Source of the DNA: the human T2T-CHM13v2.0 reference genome, Homo sapiens
Reading direction: 5' to 3' (one strand)
DNA length: 64,000 nt
NCBI RefSeq assembly: GCF_009914755.1
Contig: NC_060937.1
The translations under genes and the position numbers were made by a program. The notes beneath the pieces are model-generated. The model worked only from the letters and a program-made list of their open reading frames with translations, did not search any database and was not told the origin of the DNA. Below, piece after piece: positions 27,281 to 40,989 of this stretch; positions within the stretch are counted from its first letter, which is position 1; every line of letters begins with the position of its first letter.

Positions 27281-29188
27281 GGAATGTTATGGCCATGTTG
27301 GTCAGATTCTGTGTTTTATTTTTTATCCATTGACCAATGTTACTCACCTGAACCAATGACACATTATATACATAGGTTCACATAACTGAGAGGTGACAGG
27401 TGATATTTGCTGAATGCTAGTTCCACAGGATTAAACTATGTCTTAACTAATTATGTCTTAAGGAGCCAGTTAGACCTCTTCTCTATATTTGATATTGCAG
27501 TATGGTTTCCAGAAGGTCTAAGGTTGCATCTTCACATTCAGGAGATGAAAAAGTAACAAGAACTCCACTCTACACAGACTCAAACTCAAACTTTGATGTT
27601 GGCTCACATTGGACCTGAAACTTATGGATAAGGATATGTATCCAGTAGGCCAGATCTGGGTCTAATATCTACGTGTCAGCTGATAGTAAAGTTAGCTTCA
27701 GTTGAAATACATTGGAATCATGTAATAGGTTACCTGATTCAATTTTATATCATTATTCTCCCTTCTATGGATACCTGTGCCTCACAGAGGAGAAAACATA
27801 AACTACATATCCTAGATTTCTCTACCTTTTTAGTCCCAGGTAGATCTGTAAAATGCAAAACAAACAAACAAAGAAACAAACAAACAAACATAATATTTGA
27901 AATGAAGAGGAGAAAGAAAAATCCATTATTCTCTGGAGGCAGGTGCAGACATTTACATGAACATATTTGAGAAGCCTCCAGCCTTGTATTGGTCAAGAAT
28001 ATACAGATGAAATAAATGTAACAGCTAAGATAATCAAGAAAAATAAATTTACCTTATGGTAATGATTTATTTATTCATTAAAGAAATATTTCTTAAGCTC
28101 CTACCATATGTCAGACAGCAATAGAGGTTTTGAGGTTACAAGTTAGAACAAAAAAAGCAAAAATATCTGCTTTACCATGACTAATCTTAACATTCTAGTG
28201 ATATGGATTTACTGAAGTATTCCAGGTATTTCCTGAAGCTAGGTTGACTTTTTGATTGTGTTGACCAGTACAATGAAGCAGAAGTAACATTAAACAATTT
28301 TTAATTCTGCCCTCAAAATGTTTAAACATTTCTGTTATTGCTCTTGGAATCTGTTGTTCCATATGAACAAGCCTGTGAAAACCTGCTGCAGAATGACATA
28401 CCATATGGAGGACTCACTTTCCTCAGCAGTTCCAAAAGAAACCATGATAATAGACACATTATTTGGAATAATTGTAATAAATTGCAGGTGAAAATAATAC
28501 CTTTTTGTTAAAAATGGTATATATTTATATAGTAAGTTTAAGTATTGGATACTAATCAAAGAGAAATATTGGATACTAAAATAGTGGATACTAAAACGAA
28601 AGAGAAAAGATTTAACTACTTATTTACTCATTTGCAAATTAGTAAATTAAAGTTAGCTGCCTCATAGGATAAAAGTTTCTGGAACATCGTAACAACTTCA
28701 TTATAGCCACTACTTTGTTAAAGTAAACAAAAAATTTAAGTATAAGTTAATTATTTTGTAATAAAGGGGTTACCAGTCTATTCAGTTGTATAATTTGTAT
28801 TTTTCCACATGACTTCATTCAAGAATGTGCTGAAGATCCCTGATAATATTGCTTTTAATCTGTTTAATTTCCATAATACACATAAATAATGCAATCATTT
28901 ATAGTATATGAAAATAAGAACTTTCAGAAAACTGAGAATTAAATTAACATATATAAACAACAAACATAAGATTTATTCTTTACCTGCAATAAAATCTGCA
29001 CCATAAAAATATTTCACAAATATTTTATATATTATAATCTTTTAAAAATTATATTTTTGTAGAAAAATACTAATTTTTTCATTAGTACTAAGTCTAAATT
29101 TTATTTTTCAAGTTTCATAAACATGTTTTCTAATTTGAAAATATTTTGGAAAGGAATGTTTTGCCAAATGATTTTCATCAATTGCAGA

Positions 29189-29555
29189 TATATTATTCTG
29201 TTCTCATGCTGCTAATGAAGACATATGTGAAACTTGATAATTTATAAACAAAAGAGGTTTAATTGACTCACAATTCAGCATGACTGGGGAGGCCTCAGGA
29301 AACTTACAATCGTGGCAGAATCAAACATGTCTTTCTTCACATGGCAGCCGTAAAGAAAAGTACCCAGCAAAAAGGGAGAAGAGCCCCTTACAAAGCTATC
29401 AGATCTCATGAGAACTCACTATCAGGAGAACAGCAGGAGGGTAACTGCCCTCATGATTCAATTACATCCTACCGGGTCCCTCCCATGACACGTAGAGATT
29501 ATGGAAACTACAATTCAAGATGAGATTTGTGTGGGGTCACAGCCAAACCATAGCA
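29189..29555 (-). mobile_element. THE1C/THE1D MaLR solo LTR
   Basis: 'aggtttaattgactcacaattcagcatgactggggaggcctcaggaaacttacaatc...tacaattcaagatgagatttg...cagccaaaccata'. Confidence 0.88.
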
Positions 29556-30964
29556 GATTGATTGGCATTTTTTGGGTGAGCAGTATATTCAAAGTGGTCT
29601 TACTGTTTTATAGAGCAATGCTATTTCATTCTTGCTAAATTTTACTAATATCATGTAAAGTAATGATGATGGACATTAAAATAAACTAATAATTACAAAA
29701 GAGCAATAAATTATAAAAAAGGACATATCATACAAAGAAGAATGCAGGTTCTTATTAAATTGTGCATGGTGGTAAATTAGGCTTCTCAATATTTCTGTGA
29801 GCATGTCTTCTTTCATTAGAATCAGTTTTGTTTACGTTACTGGTGAATGCTCTTCTTACAGCCTCTCTCATGTAAGCAGATTGAAAAAATGGGGGTGGAG
29901 ATTGATAAAACTTAGTTACCATGGTAAATTACAATCTTACCAAACTAAAAGTGAATAAAAAATATACAACTCAATACACTCCATTATTCCTATTCTGTTT
30001 GTTTCTTCATCACTATAATGAAATGTTGTGTACTAGAATTTGTTGTAAGCAGAAGAAAAAAATTCAATAAACACTCTAAAAAGATAATTAAATTTTTTTA
30101 AAGATTAAATTACAGATAATGTTAGGACATTATATGAATAGTAAAAATATAAAATTTCTCTTTAATTTATTATAAGCAATGTATTCTATTTCCTGAGTAA
30201 ATATGTTTATAAGATCAATAATGTACTGGTACTTCTTTATGAGATTAAAGAAATACTCTGATAAAAATTTTAGTGATGGAAACCTGTAAACAGCAACTGA
30301 CATTTGTTTTCTTATTAGTATAATTTAACTTACTAAGAAGAAAAATTAAATTTGTAATAAAATATTGTGATTAAAGAGCTTGACAGAAATAAGAAAATAA
30401 AAAATACTTATTTTATAACCTAAAATGAACACTTATTCTTCTAAGTTAATTTAAAATGTATTTTGACTCTGCTATTCTAGACATAAGTTTATTTTATTAT
30501 GATAGAACTTGTAATAGCTAAGTAAGTGAAAGTACAATAAATAAATAACTGGGTTTGTTGACCAGCCCTGACTACTATAACTAGCTAAGTGACAAATCCC
30601 TAGGCGTCTAACAGAGACTGGGGGCCTATAAGCAATATCTTTTGTAGCATTATCAATCTAAAAATTTTAGTAGCAAAAGCAAATTTAGAGCAGTGGTTTT
30701 CAAACCGTAGTGCATAGAACTGTCCATGGTGCAGCAGGGTGTGAGAACAACATTGGAAACGGAAAGCCAAGTAAACAGGACTTCTTGTCCACCCCTTTTT
30801 CAACCAGACAAAGATCCACTTCTCTCCTCTTTTATATAACAGTAGTTCTCATCAAACTTTGCTTAAAGTAAAAATACATGTAAATGCGTATGTGTTTGTG
30901 TGTGTGTATTGCTTTAAAACGCTTCATACAGGCATGATTGATTCAATTTGTGTTTAGCAAGTTG

Positions 30965-31275
<311 letters not shown>

Positions 31276-33664
31276 AGCAAGTTGAATTGTTAAATCAGTA
31301 AGTTATAAGAAAAATTTACAGACTTACATATTGTAATTACTTTTTAAAACTATTATGATTACATAAAAATGTATCTCTTATGTAAAAAATTAACATTTTT
31401 ACCTTCTAGATTTGGTTGTGACATATGTTGAATATTGAACATTTTCGGTTTTTTTCCTTAATTTTTGTCTTCCAACTGTGCCAAGAAAATTTCAAATTTT
31501 CTATTTTTCATGAAACCAAGTTAGACATATGGCAGTAGTATTATAGGAAATGAGTGGGTAGCTAGTATTTGTTATTATGTTTATTCTGAAAGGAATTGAA
31601 TATTCACTTAATTTTGAGTATATATTATTGATGTGCTTATATACTGAGCCAATGTAATAGAATAAAAAACAAATTGTTTATTGATAGAAATCATTTGCAT
31701 TAATACAGATTCTAAATTTCACATTAGTTTTTCAGTCATAGAAATTATATTACCATGTAATTTGACAAAGTTTCTTAACCTTGTCATAAGCTTGTTTCAA
31801 CTAAAAAACTAAAGAAATGAGGGTTTTAGCTAAGTATACTTAAATAATATGTGGACATTATACCTCCAATATAAAATTATATTTACAAAAATATTTATTA
31901 TGTTTATTATCAGCTAGTCTTCTGGCACCCTCTAAAAAATTCTAAGTGTAACATAGAATATAAAACTAAAATATACTTCAATAATATTTTAACATTACAT
32001 ACAGTTGTATGATTTGTAAAATCAATTCTTTGTTAGAACATTGACAAATGAAAGGGTATAAAATGAGCACATCACAAAATTAAATAATTTCATTATCAAT
32101 TAATAAATATCAACATCTGTAATTAATGTTTGAAAATAACATTATAAAATGGAGAGCTGTAGGTAGTTGTCAAAAAATTATCCAAAATTATTTAAAAATT
32201 ACTCTGCTTCAGATGACTTAGTTATTTGCTGTTTATTATTTGTTATTTGTCATTTGTGATTAAGGAACTTTTATGTAGAGAGAGATTTAAAAGTGTCTTG
32301 GTAATAAGAATGCCAAAGAATCAGAAGCCTAAAGTAATAAATTCAGTATTATTTCTCTTCAATAATAGAAGCAAGATAGTATTTAGTCATGGCATGAAAC
32401 TGAAGACATAGAACGTCACTTATTAAATAGGTCGCTAAAGATGTTATGCTGTGAACAGATGCACATTGCACTCTTTTGTTTTGTATAGTATTCTGAATAA
32501 TAGACTGCTTCATTAAGCAAAACTCTCTGTGAATGTGTGTGTGTTTCTATGTGTGGTTATTAAGATAAATGAAATCATATAAACTTGTTACAGAGCTTAA
32601 AAATACTTTGTACATGCAAAAATCTTTTATAATTTTCTTTAAGGAGTAGGAAAGAATAAAAAATGTAAAGAAAAGATACCAAAAAGTCATTAAGAAGCTA
32701 CCTACCACAGCAGAATATTGTCACAAAAGTAATTACAGATCTTTGAAAATGCGTATGAAGAGATGGTGGGTGTAGGAGTATGGAGCAGAAAGTGAGTGCT
32801 CCAATTTATATCTCTTTCAATACTGTGGTTCAGAGGTGGTTGAATGGTGCTTTGAAGTTTAGCTTCATTCAAACTTATTATTAGTCTCTTAATCTGCAAT
32901 AAAGTTTAAGGTCCCTTAACCCTTAATTTACAAAGATTAAGGTCTCTTAAACCTTAGTCGCCTAATCTACAATAATCCCCTCCCAAACAAACATACTTTT
33001 GTTCTTCCATTCTTTCCTAATTCCTCCCTTCCCTCTGCCTTCTTTCTATCCTTCTGCTGTCTGTCTCTGTCTCTGTCTCTCTCTCATTCTCTCTCTCTCT
33101 CTGCACAATATAGTTTGGAATTTAAAAAGCCGTTGTCTTTTACGATATCTTTTATTCTGGAAGAAAAATCTCTCAACTGATTTCAATAAGGGTGATCCAG
33201 GAAAGACAAAAACATACATATATTTATTGCACAGGATTGAGGAAGAATTTATCAAACAAAAAGCTCTCCAACTGGTCAGTATCTCACTGAAATAAATAAA
33301 CCTTTCATTGACAGAGGAGAGCTGTGCTATAAAGGAGAAATACAGAGGCACATCTTTTAAAAATTCACTTATTCATTTAACAGAGGTGACAAAACCCATA
33401 GAGAGCTGGAATGGAATTGAGGACAAAATTAGTTTAAAAATGCAAATCTTGTTTTTAGAATAACTTCTTCAGAAATAGAAGAAACACAAAGAAGCAAAAT
33501 TTCCATACGTGGGTTTCCAGATACTGGCTCACCCATGTATTATCCACAGATTGCTAGGTTTCTCCACCAGAAATGAAAATTTGTTTCAATCCTCTTTTAA
33601 TATAAAATATGGGAGAAAACTTTTCAGAAAACCAAAATACTTTTTAAGTAATACAAACATCTTT

Positions 33665-33968
33665 GCTTTTTTTTTTTTTTGAGACAGAGTCTCGCTCTGT
33701 CATCCAGGCTGAAGTGCAGTGGCGCGAGCTCCGCTCACTGCAAGCTCCGCCTCCCGGGTTCACGCCATTCTCCTGCCTCAGCCTCCTGAGTAGCTGGGAC
33801 TACAGGCGCCCAACAACATGCCCGGCTAATTTTTTGTATTTTTTTAGTAGAGACGGAGTTTCACCGTGCTAGCCAGGATGGTCTTGATCTCCTGACCTCG
33901 TGATCCGCCCGCCTCGGCCTTCCAAAGTGCTGGGATTACAGGCGTGAGCCACCGCGCCCGGCCCGGCC
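33665..33968 (-). mobile_element. AluY
   Basis: AluY diagnostics ('gcaagctccgcc', 'ttcacgccattctcc'); TSD 'aaacatcttt' at 33655-33664 and 33969-33978. Confidence 0.95.
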
Positions 33969-34751
33969 AAACATCTTTTATTTTACCTAGTTTGGGACTT
34001 GCTTTCCTTGATTATGCTCAACAAAGGGAAGAATTGTGAAGAAAAATCTAAAACTTGGATCAATGTATTGTCGGGGACACACCCAAGTACCTCCCTTTTG
34101 TATAAAGATCAATTAATGTATCACACATTATATATGCATGAATAAATCTGAGAAAAGAAACGTGAAATAATTCCTAAGAAATTAAACGCAAATGTGATCA
34201 AATCGATGGCAAATAAGAACAGAGAAAAGAGCAGACAAAAATTTGTAATGGGGAAGTCCTAACAAAGATAAGATCAGTTTTCTCTACCAAAGAATAGGAG
34301 GGATACCTTAGTGCAGATAATTAAAATTAATATAAACACAGGGAGAAACAAGACATTTTCACCGTGAAAACTATGCACATTGCGTTGTACATTGCAATTG
34401 GTATTTATGTTAACTATGACAGGTATGCTTTTATTTTTTTCATGAATATTGGCTATGGTATTATTTGAAATCAGGATATGACCTCACAAATGATAAAAAT
34501 TTGGTCATAAATTACCTCTATTTACAAGGTGAATTAAGAATAAAGCAAATGTAAAAATTCAGAGATTGAAATATCATGTAAATATGTGTGTTCTAATAAT
34601 TTTGAAACAGTACAACTTACAAAGAATTGACAGGAGAAAAGGTGGCATTTGGGGGCTAAAATTAATTAGCTGATTTTCTGATCTGTAGTAGCTTGGATTT
34701 CTTTAAAGCGTATCTCAGAATGCATAACCTAAACTTATATGACAATTTTAA

Positions 34752-35272
34752 GATGGTAGTAGATTGATTTGAAAATGGCTCCAATACTTAACGTCTCTTT
34801 GAATCTATGTCCTTTGCAATCTCTCTTTGCATATGTGCCCTTAGTAATGTGACATTACAGATCTAACCATCTAACCAGGGATAGAGATGATTTCTGCATC
34901 CTCTTGATTATTGATAATTCTTGCAATTTAATGTGATCAACAGAATGAGGTGAAAACACAGTCGCAAGAAATGCGGGCTTGAGGTTCAGGAGGACTTCCC
35001 CTGAGAATCCTGCCACCACATTGTGAACAAGTCAAGGCTACCATGGTAGCGTATGACAGAAGATGGAGACCAATCAACAGCAATCTGGCCCATGATTATG
35101 TAAACCAACAGAATCAAGATTAGCAGAGCTAACTATCTGTTTCACTGTTGATTGCAGAGGCATGAGAAAACACATCCTAGAGGATAACTAATACCCAACT
35201 GATACAAACATAGATGAATCACTTTTGAGTCACTTTGTTTCAGTGTCATTTGCTAAGCAGTAATATTGACCT
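34752..35272 (+). mobile_element. MLT1-family (MLT1H-like) LTR, degraded
   Basis: 'aaaatggctccaat...aatgtgacattacag...ctgccaccacattgtgaacaag' motifs. Confidence 0.55.
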
Positions 35273-35599
35273 TAAATAAAGAAAGGGTAAGACTAAACAT
35301 AACTTTTCTATTTGATGACTTAATTTTAATTATTAAAAAATATTTTCACCATATATCTCACAAACAACACCTGACTCTACGGTATATAACAAAGACACCT
35401 AAAAAAATAAGAATTTTTAAAACTTGAGAAATATAGGTGAGCTTGACTAGTAAGTATTAAAAAAGTTAAAATAAAAATAATAATCTGGTTTTGATCAAAT
35501 ATATGTACAAAATAATGTAATATTGAATAAAATATATCAAAAACTTGAAAAATAGAGAAAAATACAATGATCCCCTCACCTAAATCCAAAAATGAGACA

Positions 35600-36070
35600 C
35601 ATTCTGAAGTATTATTTACACACCACTTTAAATTAATTTGTAGATATCCTGACATTCATCCATGACTAAACGAGAATGTTTTAAATAACAGTATACTTGC
35701 TTATATTGCAACAATAATATTATTCATAACAAAATTAACAAATTATCAAATATTGCCTTGTATCTTATTCATATTCAACATTTTTCAAAACATCTTACGT
35801 AAGTGTTTTTAATTTTATTTTATTTTGTGTTTTGTTACAGGATATTGTCAAGCAACAATGATTTGTCCAACTTTTGTACCTCTTTAGTCTCTGAATCTAC
35901 AATAATTCCCTCCCAAACAAACACACTTTTTTCCTTTCATTCTTTCCTACTTCCTCCCTTCTCTCTGCATTTCTATCCTGCTCTCTGTCTTTCTCTTTCT
36001 CCCTCTCTCTCTGCATAATGTAGTTTGCAATTTAAGAAGCCATTGTCTTCTACAATATCTTTTGTTCTGG
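35600..36070 (-). mobile_element. Ancient L1MC4/5-type 3' fragment
   Basis: Resembles the antisense L1MC 3' UTR ('ctctttagtctctgaatctac...ccattgtcttctacaatatcttttgttctgga'). Confidence 0.5.
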
Positions 36071-36129
36071 AAGAAAAATCCCTCAACTGTTTTCGATAAG
36101 GGTGATCCAAAAAAGACAAAAATGTATCC

Positions 36130-37480
36130 TGCTTTACACTAAAATGCTCAAGGTAAATTAATTATAAATATAGATACTTAAACTAATTAATGCCTGGTAG
36201 AAATAAGTGCTACCCTTTTTATATTAAACTCTACCATCTTTGCTCAAAATCTTCCCAGGAATAAACATATCACACATTTGGTATGTATTTTGAGTTACCC
36301 ACAGATATTCCTTTTCTCCTAGGCCTTAATTCTTAACCTTAGACTCCGGAAAAAAAGAAAAAGAAAAAAAAACATTCGGCCCTCCTCTGAAAATTGATAC
36401 CACCTGTACCTATTTAATGGGGAAAGATTTACTTTCCAAACAGAATTGTAAGATTACATTCACACAAGGGCGAGCAATTCTTGAAATTCAGGAGATTTAT
36501 CTGGTCATATTCAAGTTGTGTCTGCTCCTTTATCTTTGAATCATATCCCAGATAAACACCTTCTGGGATATGATTCAAAACATCTTAAAATATTAGCATC
36601 ACATCTAGCATGCTATGGGCTAAAAATTCCACAGACTTAGGAAAAATAATTAGAGAAGAACCCATTAATGGATAGATTCTACCAAATGATTTCCCAAACA
36701 TCCCTAATATCACCTGAACCCCAAAGCAGAAGGACACACATCTGTATTTGAAGACTTTATATTCAGAAGTGTTCTGGTACATTGTGTTAGTCTTTTAACC
36801 ACCCCTGTCCTCCCAGTGAGGAAACCACATGAGCAGTGATATTGATTTATTTCAGAACTCAGGGCCATCAACAAAACTGTTATTCCTTACTTCTTGGAAA
36901 TAAACTAAAATACAATTCTCTCATGAATTCCACCTGAAACCACCTGTTTCTCTGTAGTGTATTCTTGTACGGCATTTTTCAGTGTGCTTCCAAACTAGAA
37001 CAGTCAACAGCTCTTTCCCTTCACCTGGGGAGGACAATGACATGTGGGTATTCATATTCCCAGAATTTACCAACCCCTGATCCATCAATAATTTTCTCCA
37101 TGTCATCAGTCAAGACAAAAGATGTAAATTTCATTTCAGATTCAGTTCTGATGTAATACATAGATGACTACCTACATTGTGCAGAGAATAAAGAAAACTA
37201 CATAAAGAACTTTATTTACTTATTCTCTTAGTATATAGGGAACATAAAGTTTAAAAAGGTAAATTACAATTTTGCCAAAATGCAGTCCCTTATTTAGGGC
37301 ATGACTGTATGAGGAAAGAAAAAGCCCTCTTTTATGATTGACTAAGGACTACCCAAACTTATCCTAGAATGCTTACAAAACAAAAACAAAATAGATTTCT
37401 AGGTTTAAATGGATATTGCAGATAATGAATGTCAACTTTTTCTGAGGTTAAAGTGCTACTTTATATGTTGACTAATGGTT
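36130..37480 (+). mobile_element. Degraded class I (ERV1-like) protease-RT internal fragment
   Basis: Manual translation: MGKDLLSK (36417), ELRAINKTVIP (~36850), TAFFSV...QQLFPFTWGGQ (~36970-37040), YIDD (37157-37168), KLQFCQNAVPYLGHD (37261-37305); many stops and frameshifts. Confidence 0.8.
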
Positions 37481-37859
37481 TAAACATAGTTTTAATGGCA
37501 CGGAACTCCTCACCATTAGGTCAAGCCTTTTAGAGCCCAAATAGTGCCCCACCCAGGAAGGAGAGGATCTCACATTTTCATGGACCTCCCTCTGCTTCCT
37601 CCTCCTCCTATGGCAAAATGGGACTTGTGAAAAGTAATAAAGAGGTTCTGTAGTAATGTGCTCCATAGGGTGCTATTCTCTCTCACACTAGGTTTAACAA
37701 GATTATCAATGTCTCATTGAGTCAATCAAGTAAAGAGTCTGTGAGGTCTCTTCAGCCCTCTCTATCTAAACAAGTAAAAATGAGGTGCAGTACTGATGGG
37801 ACTGTGTGTGGCACTCTCATCTATCCCCCAGTGCAGGAATGTTGATGGCCACAATCTGC

Positions 37860-38190
37860 AGTATTACCAGAAAGCCTTTACTTTTGAGCAGGGTTCCCAA
37901 ATAACAGGGATGCCCTCTGGGCCCTCCAACAAACCACCCAGGTTCTCTTTCCTTCAGGGGCTCACTGATCTACATTTGCCATTTGAGTTACAGGTTCCAG
38001 CAACCTCTCAGTTTTCTAATTGGAGCCTATGACAGAGGGACACTGGCAAGGGTTAGCAGAGCCCATCAGGTTTCTGGACCTGTAATCCCATGGACTTGTA
38101 AGCTCCCGGAGTCAGCTGAAAGGTAAAAGCCTTTTGATAATCATGTGTTTAGCTATTATTGGGCCTTGGCGGAGGCTGAACACATGAGCC
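37860..38190 (+). mobile_element. Degraded ERVL-like pol (RT connection/RNase H region) fragment
   Basis: PFELQV...NWSL*QR (~37980-38040), GFWT, LPESAER*KPF...YYWALAEAEHM (to ~38186). Confidence 0.6.
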
Positions 38191-38479
38191 TACTGAAATC
38201 TATTCTACTGAATTGACTACAAGAAGATGGTATCTTAAGTTGCAGTTAAAATATAAACAGTGGTTATATGTAGAGTCTCCGAGCATGTTATATGGAAATT
38301 CAAATAAACTCAAGAAGAAAGACCATGATCATATAACAAAACCGCTTTGTTTTCTGTAGTCAAAAGTTTTCTAAGGAAACCTAGACTGACAATACATTTT
38401 CATTTCATTTGTGGAGCCCCTGGGAGATGGAAAATTCCCAGTTAGATCCTACAAACCACTTGTTTCTTCATAACCTCAC

Positions 38480-38890
38480 CTGTCATGACTATTCTTCACT
38501 CTGTTTGATACAGACTAGCAACCTTGCTGTTCCTCAGAGTAAATGGTTGTGCTCAGGCCTCAGGGCTATTGCACTGGTAATACCCTTGCCTGGAAGAGTG
38601 TTCCCTACATACTGACATGGCACCTCCTGAACTTCCTACAGATGTTTTCTCAAATGCCACCATGTCAGGGCTTTATTTTGTCTCTTTTATCTATCATTTG
38701 CACTTATAACCTTCTAAGATACTTATAATTTACTTTTTATTACAGATTACAGTGAGTTTATAAAATATTTGTTCTTTAATTCTAGGAGTTTTTAAAATTT
38801 TCTTTTTTTCTTGTTAATAACTGGAGCATGCAAAGTACATGAAATGATAATCTGGCAGCTTAACAGCCATTCAATATATAAGTGGAATGA
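38480..38890 (+). mobile_element. L2 3' fragment
   Basis: 'ccttgctgttcctc...cctcagggctattgcactgg...ttgcctggaa' L2 motif. Confidence 0.6.
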
Positions 38891-39958
38891 GTGTGACATG
38901 GAGCATCTCACTTTCAAATTCTATTCTCATATAAAGTATTAATTCAATTTGTTCACAGATGTTTTAGGCTATGTTATTAAAAGAAACAGCAATCTAATCA
39001 TATGTTTTCTCTGGATTGTTCAATCTATAAGCCACAATCAATTTTTGAAATTTTAAAATTTTCAGGTTGGATATTAAAATACAGCAGGGGCATGACTTAT
39101 CCATGGTGAATTCAATATAGCTCACATATGGGTCAAAATAAAGGAAAATATAAAATATGTTATTTAGCATAATGAGCATAGAGTACTTTGAAGATAGTGA
39201 AATGAAAGAAAGTGTTACAAAAGTAGCTTAAGATAAATTTAGAAGTTCAGAATTGAGGGAAAACTATTTAAAGATGTGAGAGACTATCATTTTAAACCTA
39301 AGGAGAAAGAGTCATTAAAGAAATTGAATGTAAAGATTCAAGGAGAAGAAATAAATGATGCAGAAGATTCCTTAAAAATGTGTGGGAAAATGAGCTATGA
39401 AATACAAATGCAAGCATTAACTCCCATCACATGTTCCTCAGGGGGGAAATTAAAGAAAAAAAGTTAGTGTGTGTGAATGTGTCTTGCTGTACACCAGCAT
39501 GCAGAAAGTGAGACTGTGGCCACCTGGATTGCTCACATGAAAAATTCCCTCAGAGTGTGGTGGTGGTGGTGGTATAGTTGTTGGTGTGTGTGTGTGTGTG
39601 TGTGTGACAGAGAGAGAGAGTGTGTGTTTATGGTAGTTCTAAGGGGTTGGAGAGGCTTGTAAGTGCATTGATAGGCTTGCCATAATAAAGAAGAAGAGTG
39701 TAACAGCTTTAAAATAATTCCCTGGTGTAGAGATGATGCGATTTACTAAAATCATCAAAATCTTAGTAATGTATTAATAATATTGCTTTGTTTTTCTTAA
39801 AATTTGAATGTAGAAATATTCTCTATGCTTTTGAATAAAATCCAACTTTACTGAACAATACATTGTAATCAAAATATTGACACATTATTATTAAAAATGT
39901 CATCTCGATGTAAAGGTGATTTCAATGACTGGTTCAATAAATAATCAATAAAATGTGC

Positions 39959-40989
39959 TATTGGGGGAACCCACCCCCAATATTTCCATGTAGGTTCTTT
40001 CTATTGTCCATAAGTGTCAGCCAGCTGAGAAATAAAGAGAGACAGTATAAAGAGAGGAATTTTACAGCTGGGCCACCAAGAGTGACATCACATATTGGTA
40101 GGACCGTGATGTCTGCCTGAGTCTCAGACCAGCAAGTTTTTATTAAGGGTTTCAAAAGGGGAGGGGGTGAAAGAACAGGGAGTAGGTACAAATATCACAT
40201 GCTTCAAAGGGCAAAAAGCAGAACTACTAATAAGGGTCTAACAAAGATCACATGCTTCTGAGGGAACAGGACAAAGGGCAAAAGCAGAACTACTGATAAG
40301 GGTTTATGTTCAGTGGTGCACGTATTGTCTTGATAAACATCTTAAACAACAGACAACAGGATTCGAGAGCAGAGAACCGGTCTGACCACAAATTTACTAG
40401 GGCAGAGTTGTTCCCCACCCTAGTAAGCCTAAGGGTACTGCAGGAGACCAGGGCCTTTCTCAGTCCTTATCTCAACCACGTAAGACAGACGTTCCCAGAG
40501 CGGCCGTTTATAGACCTCCCTGCAGGAGCACATCCCTTTCCCAGGGTATTAATATTAATGTTCCTTGCTAGGAAAAGAATTTAGCGATACCTCTCCTACT
40601 TGCACATCCGTTTACAGGCCCTCTACAAGAGAAAAATATGGCTGTTTTTGCCCGACCCTGCAGGCAGTCAGACCTTATGGTTGTCTTCCCTTGTTCCCTA
40701 AAAATTGCTGTTATTCTGTTCTTTTCCAAGGTGAACTGATTTCATATTGTGCAAACACACATGTTTGACAATCAATTTGTACAGTTAACACAATTATCAC
40801 AGTGGTCCTGAGGTGATGTACATCCTCAGCTTATGAAGACAACAGGATTAAGAGATTAAAGACAGGCATAAGAAATTATAAAAGTATTATTTGGGAACTG
40901 ATAAATGTCCATGAAATCCTCACAATTTATGTTCTTCTGCCATGGCTCCAGCTGGTCCTTCCATTCAGGGTCCCTGATTTCCCACAACA
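39959..40989 (-). mobile_element. MER11 solo LTR (HERV-K11/HML-8)
   Basis: 1031 bp, 'tattgggggaacccacccccaatatttc...cagggtccctgatttcccacaaca'; 6-bp TSD atgtgc/atatgc (39953-39958, 40990-40995); internal repeat 'agggcaaaa(a)gcagaactact'. Confidence 0.9.

Larger units (their letters stand above)
32954..36126 (+). repeat. Dispersed local direct duplication (~32954-33215 and ~35883-36126)
   Basis: Shared 'aatctacaataat.ccctcccaaacaaaca', CT-rich tract and 'ttctggaagaaaaatc.ctcaactg.tttc.ataagggtgatcca..aaagacaaaaa'. Confidence 0.88.

Noticed and set aside
28195-28559. Possible exon or transposase remnant on the minus strand
   Set aside because: No motif I can recognise and no convincing splice pair; cannot be supported without a search.
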